Source: Octopus bimaculoides (Eukaryota). From it: a stretch of DNA of 47,539 nt. A model generated the notes under the pieces. That model was not told the origin of the DNA, ran no database searches, and saw only the letters and a list, made by a program, of their open reading frames with translations. Numbering within the stretch: the first letter of the stretch is position 1; each line of letters starts with the position of its first letter. The stretch is taken from NCBI RefSeq assembly GCF_001194135.2, contig NC_068990.1, positions 24,099,275 to 24,146,813 on the forward strand. The letters run 5' to 3'. Position numbers and translations under genes: made by a program. Below are positions 11,883-25,359 of the stretch, in pieces.

Positions 11883-13379
11883 CTAAGAAAACATGTCCCA
11901 GTGGCCAGACGAATGTTGTACTATATAAAACATTAGAGGAAGAAACCCGTTTCTTACAATAAAGACAACTAAAGCAAAATTTTTTCATAAACTTTAAAAT
12001 ACTACTGTGGATCCTTAATTTACTATTTTACTTGTGTGGATCCCCCAAAATCTTATACGGTCAACCAGAGGTCACACGTACCTAGATTGAGAACCGCTTT
12101 GTTCGATAACGACATCTAAGACTGACACCAGAGGGAGATACACTCTATGGCTGAAAAGATAAGGGGAAGCATGCCAAGGTGTATACCAGGTCGTAGACGT
12201 TATACAACTGTTAATTAAATGAGACAAAAGCCAGATCTCATTGTTTCGTCTCAGGTCAATACTGAGTGAACTGACCTACGAGAACAAGTGTTCCAACGGT
12301 AACTAGCCATCGTTTAAAGGCGTATGATAAATTTTCTTACTTGACCTTCCATTTTAAAGCGACAGTATGTGGTCTGATGTAGATTTGGTTGGTATTTCTA
12401 GTATTTCAAATAGCGACACAGACGCTCTCTGTTTGTATGGTATAGACTGTTGATTGAAATATCACAACGTTGTTATTGCGTATCCCTTTGCTAGGTATAA
12501 AAGCAGACGGTTCAACCGTGACCATCCCATCATTTTTTCATACAATAATTCTAAAGTAACATTATCAAATCCCTCATCCCTTTACAAAGAACGGTGGGAT
12601 TTAATAGAGATTTCGATGTTATTTCGAGCAGGCTGAACGACGACGAAGCTACCTGATTATTACATATATGTAATTACAGTAGCCAAGAAGAAGAAAAAGA
12701 GGGGAAAAAACAAGTTTAGAAGACACTGGCTATAGTGTTGATGAGTCACGCCTAAATTGATCTCTTTAGGTTGCATCCTGGAATAATTCGTGTATGAAAG
12801 CAACTCCTTATCAGATATGCGAAGAATACACCAGGTGTGAGTCACATTTATAGTTTGGAGCTTTTCAGTGATTTAATTATGGCGAAATTATTTCATAGGC
12901 CGCTGAGAAAACCCGGTGGCTTAGGATGGATGCAGTTTCGGGTTTTGGCAGTGTTACACAGTTTCTTAAATACATTTACATCATTTATATGCTCACATGC
13001 CATTCGTTCAGTTATCTAATTAGCTTCAAATGCTTCTGAAGCTGCACATATAGACAGACATATTTATATAGAGAAACAGTGTCATATGTATATATGCATA
13101 TATGTGTACGTCAGTGTGTATGTGCGTGTGTGCATGAGCGCGCGTGCGTGTAGATGTGCATGCATGTATGCGAATATATATTAATAATATATATAAATTA
13201 TGCGTGGAGCACCGGTTCTATGTAATATAAGGATATGTCTTCCTGTCGATGACGTAAGAGTACAGGAAGTCAGAAACTGCAAGTAGTTTAGTTAAAATAC
13301 TAAGTAACGATGTTTCACTCTGAGGTTGAACACGTGGACACACATATTATATATATATAGATGCATACATATGAGTGTA

Positions 13380-13418
<39 letters not shown>

Positions 13419-13428
13419 NNNNNNNNNN

Positions 13429-13465
<37 letters not shown>

Positions 13466-13531
13466 CGATAGAGAGAGAAAGAGAGAGACAGGATAGAGAG
13501 AGACAGGCTGACAAACACACAAAAAATAGAC

Positions 13532-13563
<32 letters not shown>

Positions 13564-13665
13564 AACAGACAGACAGACAGACACGTTGGTAGACAAGCAG
13601 GCAGGCAGTCGGACAGAAAGATTGATGGAAAGAAAGAAAGAGCGAAATTATCTAGATAAAGAGAT

Positions 13666-13712
<47 letters not shown>

Positions 13713-13720
13713 GTAGATAA
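13429..13720. repeat. (GATA)n/(GA)n/(GACA)n microsatellites
   Basis: Directly visible. Confidence 0.9.
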
Positions 13721-13721
13721 G

Positions 13722-13879
13722 TTTTTTTTATTAGCAACACAAGGCCGAACACAGAGGAGACAAAATAAAATGTTGAGCTTTTCTTTTTGTAAATAGGAAA
13801 AAAAGGAGAAAAATAAAATTCCGACTAAAAGGGATCGTGAAAAAAAAACATGATTAAAAGGGATCGTGCATCACAGAAA
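13722..13879 (-). mobile_element. Short Tx1-like 3' UTR fragment inside a (GATA)n array
   Basis: Minus-strand end TTTTGTCTCCTCTGTGTTCGGCCTTGTGTTGCTAATAAAAAAAA resembles SINE tail B; GATA repeats on both flanks; internal AAAAGGGATCGTG duplication. Confidence 0.6.
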
Positions 13880-15377
13880 ATAGATAGATAGATAGCTAAG
13901 TATATAGGTAGGGAGATAAATTCATTCAGTTGATAAACATAAATAAATTTCAGAATAAAATCGTTTTGATTTATTGTCAGGTGACTTTTGGCCAACTTGT
14001 ATATGCATGTAGATGAGTGTTTTTACATGTGTATGCAAATAACTAAGACAAAAGACTAGCAATTTCTAAGTGACTTTTAATCGGTTGTATTCATCTCAAA
14101 TGACTGAAAGACAAGGATTACTTCGACGGAATTCGTCCTGAGAAGCAGGACCGTCTTATTAGCATTATAGGCCATCGATCAAAGTTAATGCACTCGGTTT
14201 TATAGCATTAATTTGTTGAAAGCATAGATAAGAATTAAATCCCTAGATACATAGATAAGAATTAGATCTCTAGACCCGCAAGGTTGCTCAGCAACAGCCC
14301 ATCGTTCTCATACTCTGAGACAACGCTACACAAAAAGTAGAAGGCCGGAACAAAATACCCCAATGCAATTTGTCTGACATTCTGTCTGTTGTTTCTTGTC
14401 TCTGGCCATCTTGTCTGTCTTCGTACGTTGTCATTTTAAAGGCGGCAAATATTTAAAATGGGTGACATGCATGTAGCACAGATGTTTGTCACTAAATATT
14501 TGATAGAGACGCGTTATAAAAGTGTAGTCGTGCTGCTAAATGGAATAGTGTGAGACCTGCACGTTGTTACTCAAGCGTAAAAATTTGCAATCAAATCTCC
14601 CAAACTAGGGACACATCCGACAATATAATCCCAGATGTTAAATTAATTAGATCGTTAAGGTGAGATTTTTTTTTTGATCATCCATCGCATCAATCAAGGT
14701 TGACATCTGGATAAACAAAAGAAGTATGATCGTTGAATGTGTTATTGTCCATCATAAACAGCGGTGAGGTGAGGAAGAATGCTACCTTCAAAGGTAGAAA
14801 TGGACAGAGAGTGAGAGAATGAGAGAGAGAGAGAGAAGGAAAGAGAAAGTGAGAGAGAGAGAGGGGGTGCTTTTATATGCATATTTTAAATAACTATATA
14901 TACATATGCAATATAAAGGTGCAAATACATATAAAATAGAATTAGATATGCATATATATAGTCACATATATTTGTATGCATATGCACATAAGTATCTACT
15001 TATATATANNNNNNNNNNNNNNNNNNNNNNNNNNNNNNNNNNNNNNNNNNNNNNNNNNNNNNNNNNNNNNNNNNNNNNNNNNNNNNNNNNNNNNNNNNNN
15101 NNNNNNNNNNNNNNNNNNNNNNNNNNNNNNNNNNNNNNNNNNNNNNNNNNNNNNNNNNNNNNNNNNNNNNNNNNNNNNNNNNNNNNNNNNNNNNNNNNNN
15201 NNNNNNNNNNNNNNNNNNNNNNNNNNNNNNNNNNNNNNNNNNNNNNNNNNNNNNNNNNNNNNNNNNNNNNNNNNNNNNNNNNNNNNNNNNNNNNNNNNNN
15301 NNNNNNNNNNNNNNNNNNNNNNNNNNNNNNNNNNNNNNNNNNNNNNNNNNNNNNNNNNNNNNNNNNNNNNNNNNNNT

Positions 15378-15926
15378 ATATATATATATACATATATATG
15401 TATGAATACACACTTTCATTCATACTTGCGTACATACGTACGTACGTACGTACGTACATACATACATACATACATACATACATGCATACATACATACATA
15501 CATACATGCATACATACATACATACATGCATGCATAATGCATACATACATACGTGCATGCATGCATACATACATACATACATACACACATACATACATAC
15601 ATACATACATACATGCACATATGAAGAGACACATAATGAACTAATATAAATTAACTGACGTTAATGAACATTATAATTCATTTTGTTATTTAAATTTCCA
15701 TTTAGTTCCCAATGCTTGTGTTGGCACGGTTGGAATGGTAAACTAGGACCTGAGTCTATTGGTTTGGACACAATCCAAGTATTTTGGCTGGTTAATATTG
15801 GAGAGCGTTACAATGTTTTCACAGTCTCAACGAGTCACACATACATACATTTAAACATACATACATACATGCATACATACAAACATACATACATACATAC
15901 AAACGTACATATATACACACATATTT

Positions 15927-15977
<51 letters not shown>

Positions 15978-15995
15978 TATACATACATATATATA

Positions 15996-16059
<64 letters not shown>

Positions 16060-16236
16060 GTTGTGTCCATGCATGTATGTATGCGTATGTGATTATAGCT
16101 ACACACGTATACATATTTACATATAAGTGCGTGTGTATGTGTGTGTGTGTTTGTGCGAGTGTACATAAACATGTATACCAACTCACGTGTATCTGTATGC
16201 CTATATACATATGCATACATGTATATACGAGCACAA

Positions 16237-16268
<32 letters not shown>

Positions 16269-16270
16269 GT
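15378..16270. repeat. Microsatellite-rich block (TACA/TGCA/CGTA, TA, TG, CA)
   Basis: Directly visible. Confidence 0.9.
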
Positions 16271-17451
16271 TTACATAACCTGATTTTCCGGGTTCTTAAA
16301 TTTCCTTTCATGATTACAAGTTCCAACTTCTCTAAGGATTAGTAAGTCATTCTTCAAAAACCAGAACGTTTAATCTTCGAGTCTAAAATGATTATCGTGA
16401 ACAAATATTTTGATTTCAATTAATCAACTCCCATCATGTAACATGATCAAAACTTATTTCTTAATTAGATAAGAATATTATCCATTAAGCTTCTTTCATA
16501 TTTTCATAACTTTCCCTACAAAAACAAATACAGCAGGATCAAAATTATTGCATGTGGTCTCATTTCGTATCAAGCTGGATTATATAGACAGCGTTTTGAT
16601 GGCTTAATCTTCCAATGGTTTTATTTAGGGCAAGTCCACTTGGCTGAGATCAATCCTTGTTCAAACAATACTCAATTGACTTCAATGCTTTGATGGTCGA
16701 TATATCGATTTGAACTCAGTTCTGTAATCGAGTGAAGAACGCTTTATTTTCGTCAATTTTACGCTCGTACAATTGTAAATTATACTGTGTAACCTAACCT
16801 ATGTAATTATGCTATCATAATTATATAAACAAAATTATATAATATTAATCATAACATTGTAATTTTGAAGTTTTGATTACCATACTTGATGGCATATAAA
16901 ACGATAGAAACCGCATTGGTTTTCCAAAAAGAAATGTCTCAAAAACAATCACATTGGTCTTATATGTGATGTTGAGCCTGTATTAGATATTTTAGTGAAC
17001 TACAATCTATTTTTCATGCAATGCGCCGCTGAGGTTAGGATACAACTTATAAGTCTATCTGCCAAATGCCATCAAATACGGTATGCATTGAAAAAATACA
17101 GTTGATATTGTTATCCTGCACAGTCGTCAGTTATGTAAGGTTCTCTGTTACTACGTTCAATTATACCAACTCATGGCATCTGCCTATGAATGTATTATGT
17201 AAAACTTCCGATATCAGGATGAAGCATTTCGATATTATTCCTATCAGTTGCAGGTTTCTAGTCAGTAATTAAATAACTACCATATTTGCAGGCGTATAGG
17301 ACATAGTTTTTTCAATTTATAAATGTATCGTAAATGGTCCTGCATCTAATGCGGTTGTATATGATGGACGGGAGACCGAGTGTTGTCGGCTAGGAAACCG
17401 GATGGGCATAAGTCTGCTAGGTACAATAATTGTTACTAATAACACAATATT

Positions 17452-17657
17452 GCTTTCAAATTTTGGTACAAGGCCAGCAATTTTAGGGGAGAGACAAGTC
17501 GATTACATAGACCGTACTGCTCAACTGGTACTTAATTTATCGATCACGAAAGGTAAAGCCGACCTTGTCGGAATTTGAACTCAGAACGTAAAGACAGACG
17601 AAATGCTGCTAAGTACTTTCCCGGGCGTGCTAACGGTTCAGCCAGTTTGCCAGCTAA
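17452..17657 (-). mobile_element. SINE-A
   Basis: Full body with the tail TTCAAATTTTGGTACAAGGCCAGC on the plus strand. Confidence 0.88.
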
Positions 17658-17671
17658 ACTAGTAATATATA

Positions 17672-17890
17672 CTGATTTCAAATTTTGACACAGGGCCAGC
17701 AAGTTCGGTGAAGGGTGGGGTGGGGTGGGGGTGGACGAGTCGATTACATCGACTGGAATCCTCACCTGGTACTCATTTTATTGTCCCAGAAAATATTAAA
17801 GGCAAAGTCGATCTCTGAACGTATAATCGGATGAAATGTCGCTAAGCATTTTGTCCGCCGTGGTAACGATTCTGCCAGTTCGCCGCCTTA
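17672..17890 (-). mobile_element. SINE-A, in tandem with the previous copy; G-run expansion in the tail
   Basis: Head GATTCTGCCAGTTCGCCGCCTT on the plus strand; family core. Confidence 0.85.
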
Positions 17891-18266
17891 ACTAATATTA
17901 AAAACAAACCAAAATGTCTTAGTCTGTGGGAAAGTCACATTATCCTCCAGATTTCGTTCTTTTTTTCTTAAACATATAGGCACAAAGCTTGTGTGTTTTT
18001 ACTAATAATGCCATGTCCCGCGTGAACGTAAAGACTTTCGGTCATTTTAAAGTAGCTGATGTTGGTATCTAGTAAGGTACAGTCTAAGTTTTTCGTCTTT
18101 TTTTTCTTTGTCTTTATCACATTGTGATGTTTGGCGGCAGATTTAGATTGCTTATTGATCAGCTATCTCCTGTCCCTGGAAAGCAATTATAACACATGTG
18201 GACTCTGATATATATACCTCTCAAGTCCAGGAGAAGCTACACATCCTATTAATGTTGTTACTTTCC

Positions 18267-18338
18267 AAGGCGGTGAGATGGCAGAAACGTTAGCACGCCG
18301 GGCGAAATGCTTAGAGGTATTTCGTCTGTCTTTGGGTT
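18267..18338 (+). mobile_element. SINE-A 5' fragment
   Basis: AAGGCGGTGAGATGGCAGAAACGTTAGCACGCCGGGCGAAATGCTTAGAGGTATTTCG. Confidence 0.85.
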
Positions 18339-19902
18339 CTGTTATGCTCTTTATTGTAATATTATCCTGATTTGCAAGAATGTGCTTCATAGATGCTCAT
18401 TTAGAGTTCATTTGTAGTTGATCATTTCAAGTTCATTACACAGAGCACAGAATCAAACAGTACGTTTATAAAAACAAAAACAGGTTAATTACCCATAGAC
18501 GTCATCTGTAGGAAAATCGACGGTTACGTATTTTTCATGAAAATCATTGGAAATCGAATAAGAAACAGGTCTGTGTTGAGGAAAGACAGCTCAATGTCAA
18601 ATACCCCGTAAACCTTTTCGTCAAATGTGGAAGACAATATCCGGACATACTTCTATATTATCAGACCTCTTCAGCGATGCGTAGATTTCACTGTAGATTC
18701 TGAGGTACGTTTAGTGAACCCCGAAGTATAATTACAGAATTGCTGTCCAAGTAGTTCTGGAAAATTAGTACATGCACAAAAAAGGGGGTGGGGAAAACAA
18801 TTCAACAGCACATTGCGTTTAACTACTTGATAAACTTACAAGTTTATCCTAAAAAGGTTTGACAATTATTTTTATTTATCCTGAAGTTAATCTGCAGATC
18901 ACCTGCTGCTAGTCTCATAGCTCTTCCTATACATCATTGATCAGTGAAACTAAGGTAGTTAACGTACAATCTGAACATTTGTTGGTGAGTTATACGTGGG
19001 AAGAAAGAGGTTCTACTTATTGGTGCCTAGGGAACGATGTTATCTTCTGGTCTCTGTATCGGTCTAGCATATAATCGCACAAACATTTCATTAAGTAATT
19101 TTAATGCTGCAATAGAATCCACTAATGTGATTGTTTACAAATTCCAGAAGCTCGAGTGTGTTCTTCCACTAGAAGAGCGTTCTTCGTTCTATAAACGCTG
19201 TCTATGCTGCACTTGCAAATTTGGAAATGTTGAATCTGAGAGAGAAAGAATGTCCACTTTGCGATTTAATATCCATATGCTTTGTACGTAGTTCAAACCA
19301 TTTCCTGAATAATATAGTGCTATTGTCCTCAAACCAGTTCAAAAGCTTTTATGAATTAATGAAAGATAGCGGTCTCAATATGTGTGCGACCAATTAATGG
19401 AAATTATCATCGCTATCTAATAAAGGCTGTCTCCGGCCCTTGCAAATGGCAGCTAATATTTGATCTAACTTGAAAATATAATCTCAAGTCTTGATCTGCA
19501 CTAGTGCACCGGTTTTTATATTACTGTGTTTATTGTTTTATATTTGTTTTTTTATTTTTTGGACCAACTGAACAATTTTCGGCTACACATTAACCCTTAT
19601 TTAAACCATCATTTAGTTTGCTAGTGTAGTCAGGTACACACAAATACCCACCGGTTCCTTCCGTCTTTAAACAATGACGAATTCTAATTTGCCATTGTTT
19701 ATGTTTGAAGTGTTTCCAATAAGACTGTTATTAATCACAATACCACAACATGTTCGATGTGAGAAGATGAGAAGACCTGAACTGTTTAATTGGCATATAA
19801 TTAGATATGTGGCCAGCTAAATTTCGTGTTTTGTCATGTTTCTGTCTTCCATATAATGGGAACATCTAGAGAGACATTTATTAGATTAATTTGTTGTACA
19901 TA

Positions 19903-20880
19903 CGAGGTGTGCACGAAAAGAAACAATACTTTAAAACAGCAAATTAACCACCAGGTTTAACTTACTGCCAGTGCATTGATATGACTGGGTATCTTGATAC
20001 TCAGTCTAATAATAGCCACATCACATTATGTCAGTTGGTCATTGATCTATACGTAATAAAGTTAACGTATATTTAGTGAACTCGATGATTTGTTGCAAAA
20101 TGAACATTAAATGAGTTGGTAAAATAACGTGTTTGTGTAAAAGTTTGTTTCAATTTAGGGAAAAAACCTCACTTTTATAGATACTTTTCTTATGCTGCAT
20201 GAATCCTACGTGGAGGAATTTTCTAACCATACGCAATGAATTTCGTGAGAAGTACAAAGGCTTCAAATAGTGAAAAAAATCGACAGAACACGATTCTAAA
20301 TCTGGATGAACCTTCCATAACTTTGGACGGTGATCCCATTGCGTAAGTGCATGTTGTGATCCATGAAAATCACCACCTGACAGTTTAGAAAGTCTCCAAG
20401 GAAATAGATATCTGGAAAACTTCGTGTCGCAAGGTTTTAAAAGAAAATCTGAAGATATTTTATGATGTCACGAAATTTTTTGTCGCATCTGCTGACAAAT
20501 GGAAAAATGTTAATCGAGTCACGGTCACTTAGGGGTCATTTTATCATTCGAATGCTCACGAAAACCATGAAAACTTTTTGAAAAGAATGAAAATGGGCAA
20601 GCGAACGTGAATGAGTGGTTATGGTTGTGAAGATTACTGACAGCGGAATGAATCCTAGTCACGGCGATAATTCACACCAGTGTGGTTCAAATGTGAAGGT
20701 AATGTTGATTGTCTTTTTTGAAAGGAAGGTGTCGTTCATAGCGACTTTATTCCATATAATCCTATTATCAATTAAGAGGTTTGCTCAGAAAACATGATAT
20801 ATTTGAGAGAGACTTTGAGAAGAGGTTTGAGGCAAAGGTATCCGAGTCTTCGATGATGCACAACGCCTATTCTTCTGTCT
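19903..20880 (+). mobile_element. Decayed mariner transposon (transposase pseudogene)
   Basis: TA|CGAGGTGTG start; remnants VCVKVCFNLGK, VIHENHHLTV, a WVYGYD-like stretch and SNVKVMLIVFF typical of mariner transposases; many stops and frameshifts; right TIR not found. Confidence 0.75.
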
Positions 20881-21004
20881 GAGTCAGTAAAAAATTCAGC
20901 AATGACCCCAAAAAGTTATGTCCCCAAATACCTTATGCATCCTGCATATATNNNNNNNNNNNNNNNNNNNNNNNNNNNNNNNNNNNNNNNNNNNNNTATA
21001 TGTA

Positions 21005-21043
<39 letters not shown>

Positions 21044-21099
21044 GTATAAATTTACACATACCCATAAATTGATAGATAGATGAATAGATAGATAGGTAA

Positions 21100-21135
<36 letters not shown>

Positions 21136-21173
21136 GATAGATAGATATATACATACATACATACATACATACA

Positions 21174-21204
<31 letters not shown>

Positions 21205-22135
21205 TAAGCCACTATTGCATTTAATATACTTATTGATAGCCAACGATCAACAACTAGGAAGTATCAATTTAAAACAGAGTCTGAATATATATGAAATAGT
21301 CATTCAGCAGCAATTTCATAAATGGATGATATTTAACAGTATATAGAAAGCGAAGCCGAAAATCAATATTCTGAATGTCCTCACTGAAATTGCCAGAATA
21401 TCGTTTACCATGCTACAGTGCAGTGCAAATAAGCCAATCAGTTTTTGTCAACGAACTATATGGTTTCTCCTGTATCTTGCTAACTTCTTAAAATTTTTTT
21501 GCAAAATACATACGCAGTCAGATTGTATATTCATACTGTATATTCATACATACTTATATATATATATANNNNNNNNNNNNNNNNNNNNNNNNNNNNNNNN
21601 NNNNNNNNNNNNNNNNNNNNNNNNNNNNNNNNNNNNNNNNNNNNNNNNNNNNNNNNNNNNNNNNNNNNNNNNNNNNNNNNNNNNNNNNNNNNNNNNNNNN
21701 NNNNNNNNNNNNNNNNNNNNNNNNNNNNNNNNNNNNNNNNNNNNNNNNNNNNNNNNNNNNNNNNNNNNNNNNNNNNNNNNNNNNNNNNNNNNNNNNNNNN
21801 NNNNNNNNNNNNNNNNNNNNNNNNNNNNNNNNNNNNNNNNNNNNNNNNNNNNNNNNNNNNNNNNNNNNNNNNNNNNNNNNNNNNNNNNNNNNNNNNNNNN
21901 NNNNNNNNNNNNNNNNNNNNNNNNNNNNNNNNNNNNNNNNNNNNNNNNNNNNNNNNNNNNNNNNNNNNNNNNNNNNNNNNNNNNNNNNNNNNNNNNNNNN
22001 NNNNNNNNNNNNNNNNNNNNNNNNNNNNNNNNNNNNNNNNNNNNNNNNNNNNNNNNNNTATATAGAATATATATACACATAGAGAGAGAGAGAGAGAGAG
22101 AGAGGGAGGGAGAGAGAGAGAGAGATAGAGAGAGG

Positions 22136-22175
<40 letters not shown>

Positions 22176-22403
22176 TTCATACATAGTCATATATATGTAT
22201 ATACGAGTTTGTGTGTTAGCACTGTTTTTTACATAATTGTAATTAGTTTCAAATATATATTAATGCATATACAAAAGCACGCATACACATACGCAAACTC
22301 ACATTTATACACAAACACATACCCATATTTATGTAGATACGTACAGTAGACAATATGTATGAGTATGTGCATGTGTATTTATCTATGTGTATGTGTATAT
22401 TGT

Positions 22404-22783
22404 GGAGGCGCAATGGCCCAGTGGTTAGGGCAGCGGACTCGCGGCCATAGGGTCGCAGTTTCGATTCCCAGACCGGACGTTGTGAGTGTTTATTGAGCGA
22501 AAACACATAAAGCTCCACGAGGCTCCGGCAGGGGACGGTGGCGAACCCTGCTGTACTCTTTCACCACAACTTTCTCTCACTCTTACTTCCTGTTTCTGTT
22601 GAGCTTGTAATTCAAAGGGTGAGTCTTGTCACACTGTGTCACGCTGAATATCCCCGAGAACTACGTTAAGTGTACACGTGTCTGTGGAGTGCTCAGCCAC
22701 TTGCACGTTAATTTAACGAGCAGGTCGTTCCGTTGATCGGATCAACTGGAACCCTCGACGTCGTAAGCGACGGAGTGCCAACA
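22404..22783 (+). mobile_element. SINE-C, full-length tRNA-derived SINE with a 14-bp TSD
   Basis: A-box TGGCCCAGTGG, B-box GTTTCGATTCC; TATGTGTATATTGT repeated at 22390-22403 and 22784-22797. A tail fragment of the same family lies on the minus strand at about 11370-11420. Confidence 0.9.
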
Positions 22784-22984
22784 TATGTGTATATTGTATA
22801 CTAAATATCTCCCCTTATATGTGTGTATGCGCGTGTGTATGTTCATGTGCTTGTGTGCATGTATTACAATATAACAAAAATTAATGCATTATTTTAAAAT
22901 CTTATTATCAAGGACTCAGGACACAAATAATACCACTGTCAGTTTCAAAATCATTTCTGCAAAGCTATTTCTTAGGGCTTCCTT

Positions 22985-23470
22985 TTGCATGATTTTAATG
23001 TTGGAATCAGCACTGGTACTGCAAATGCATTGTTGGATCTTGTTTGTAGTAAGAGGAAAGTTTCAACTGCCATATTTTCCTGAGTCCGGTGTAATATTCT
23101 CGGGGCACTCTATATTTATTCACAGTGCCTTCATATGATACATTTTCGTCTATGCCTAGGTACTTGTAACATACCTCCATGCCTATATCAGCTGAAAATG
23201 TTGTTATTAATTCCAGTTGTTTTCTTGGCATTGTTAATACTTTTAGCATAAATCTTCAGATTGTCTATAAAGAAATTATGAGTTACATTGATATTTCAAG
23301 CAGTTGAAGATCCTAGCATGTAACCATTTGTTTTCTGCAGTAGGAACGATAATGCATTCAATGCAAATATGAAAAGAAGTACGGAAAGTGTATCTCCCTG
23401 GAATATTCCCTTTGAAATGTCTATACTATCAGAAACAGTTATTCTCTTCTCAGTTATAAGGGTAAAAATT
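22985..23470 (-). mobile_element. R4/Dong-like non-LTR retrotransposon reverse-transcriptase fragment (pseudogene)
   Basis: SKGIFQGDTLSVLLFIFALNALSFLL...THNFFIDNLKIYA.../QLELITTFSADIGM...YKYLGIDEN.../NAFAVPVLIPT; the catalytic DD reads DN; frameshifts and an internal deletion. Confidence 0.88.
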
Positions 23471-24364
23471 GTTGTCCATGTACACGTATGTATGTATGTA
23501 TTTATGTATGTATGTATGTATATATGTGCTCAAAATCATGTTCTATCATGTGTGTGTGTGCTTTCTATGTATGTACGTATGTGTGAATGTATGTATGTAT
23601 GCTAATACTTATACGTGTATGAATTTATTCAGGAAGGTAGATAGTTGTGAATATATACATATATAAACATACATATTAACATACATAACATACAAACATA
23701 ACATACAAAAACAAAATACGTATATAAGATTTAACCACCCTTGGACTTATTGAAGCGTTGTATTGCAATTTCCACAGTCACCACTGAAATAATATAGTTT
23801 AATTGCGCGCCTAATTGAAGTTGTTTTACATATACCTTAACCAATAGCCGTATTTCAGAACTTGCCAAGCGAAAAGCTATATTTCTCAAACGAATAACAA
23901 TAGGAATACACTCATTCAACCTGATTACAAACGAATATAGGAACCTTAGCTTTCATCTCATAACGTATTTCTGTTCATTATTTGAATTTTCTATTCTAAA
24001 TTTTAGTTCTAATTTGTGATAAACGACGTCCAGGAACTTATGTGTTTGAATAGAGAAATGTAATATAAGAGAAGACAGTGTGTCACGAAGCATCTATAAT
24101 GCACTTATAATTATTTTCCTATTGCTATATACAAATGGGTTATGCGAGCATCACTAAGCGCTGTCTCCTCTCTCTCAAGTCACTTACAATATAGGTATGC
24201 AACAGAAACATCGATTAACTTGGTATAACTTTCTAAAGACATCTCAACGCTTCTAAAAGCAAACTTCGTTTGTTTATTTACGTTTGTCGTAATTTGAATT
24301 TAACATATGAGAGCGTCTCATAAAGCGAGATTTATATATCTTAATTTGCAGAGCAACTTTTAGT

Positions 24365-24440
24365 GGGCAGTTTAGCTTAATCGGTCAAAGCATCGTGACG
24401 TGTAACCACGGGCATGTGAGTTCGTGTCCACAGCTAGCCA
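24365..24440 (+). pseudogene. Degenerate tRNA-like sequence (tRNA pseudogene or SINE head)
   Basis: TAGCTTAATCGG A-box, GAGTTCG B-box, CGTG/CACG anticodon-like stem, ends GCCA; acceptor stem poorly paired. Confidence 0.45.
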
Positions 24441-24989
24441 CCTACATTTTCTCTGCAAAATAGGGGTAGTTTATCCTGTTCAGGCTATATTATTAACATT
24501 ATTCTGCAATAGAGAATTTTAAATCACTTCTTTAACTTTCTGTTTTCTCCAAAGAAGAGCAGCATTCAATGACCTTCTTTTATTGTTGGCTGAAGATGTG
24601 TTAGTGGCCGAAATTCATTGAAGACATTCAGTGCAGAATAGAAACAATATTTAACTGTCTACCAAAAGAGAGAATTTTTTTCTAAAAATAATAGCACAAG
24701 GGTTACGCATTATTGAGAATGCTACACTCTATTACATCCTGTGCTAGTGAAAAATTTAAACGAATCCGTTAAACTGACGGGGCAACTATTGTAGAAACGC
24801 CAAATGATATGTAAACTACTAACGTTTTTGTCCATAACTTCATACAAAATAGACTTAACATTTTCGCAAAAATTGCCCCAAACAGCTCGGAGAATTATAG
24901 AAGCAAAATTGTTTCGGAATCTGCCAACGATATTTGGACCGTAATAGGAAAACAATCTTGGAAAAACAATCAATCTCCCGTGGCAAAAA

Positions 24990-25309
24990 AAGAAATAATT
25001 ATAAGAAGAAAAGAAAAGTTGATAGATATGACAGGTTAGCTTGGGAAGTTAAGCAGTTGCAGTCGATGAAAAAGGTAGCAGTAGTACCAATAATTGTCAG
25101 AGCACTGGAAACAGTGAGTAAAAATCTCGAAGTACGTGGAACAAATAGGGGCTTCAGTAAGGGTGGTGCACTTGCAGAAAACAGCACTGCTTGGAACCAC
25201 TCGAATATTCCGGAAGGTGCTCGAAAAAAATAGAGGTGTTACCTTAGTTCACTGGTAGTGAACAGCTGACACGGTAGTACATCTCCAGCGTTAGAAGCTG
25301 TGCAAAGGC

Positions 25310-25358
<49 letters not shown>
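24990..25358 (+). mobile_element. R4/Dong-like 3' end (RLE-domain C-terminus) with (TAA)n tail
   Basis: RYDRLAWEVKQLQSMKKVAVVPIIVRALETVSKNL / VHLQKTALLGTTRIFRKVLEK*, then (AAT)n at about 25310-25358. Confidence 0.85.

Positions 25359-25359
<1 letters not shown>

Noticed and set aside
19037-19291. Cys-containing 84-aa ORF (KRCLCCTCK)
   Set aside because: No signal peptide or recognisable family, and the length is within chance expectation.
22404-22480. tRNA gene
   Set aside because: The cloverleaf is imperfect and it continues into a 300-bp body with a TSD, so it is a SINE head.
24588-24615. CTGAAGA...CGAAA hammerhead-like motif
   Set aside because: Stem II does not pair and there is no stem III or stem I; at best a decayed remnant.
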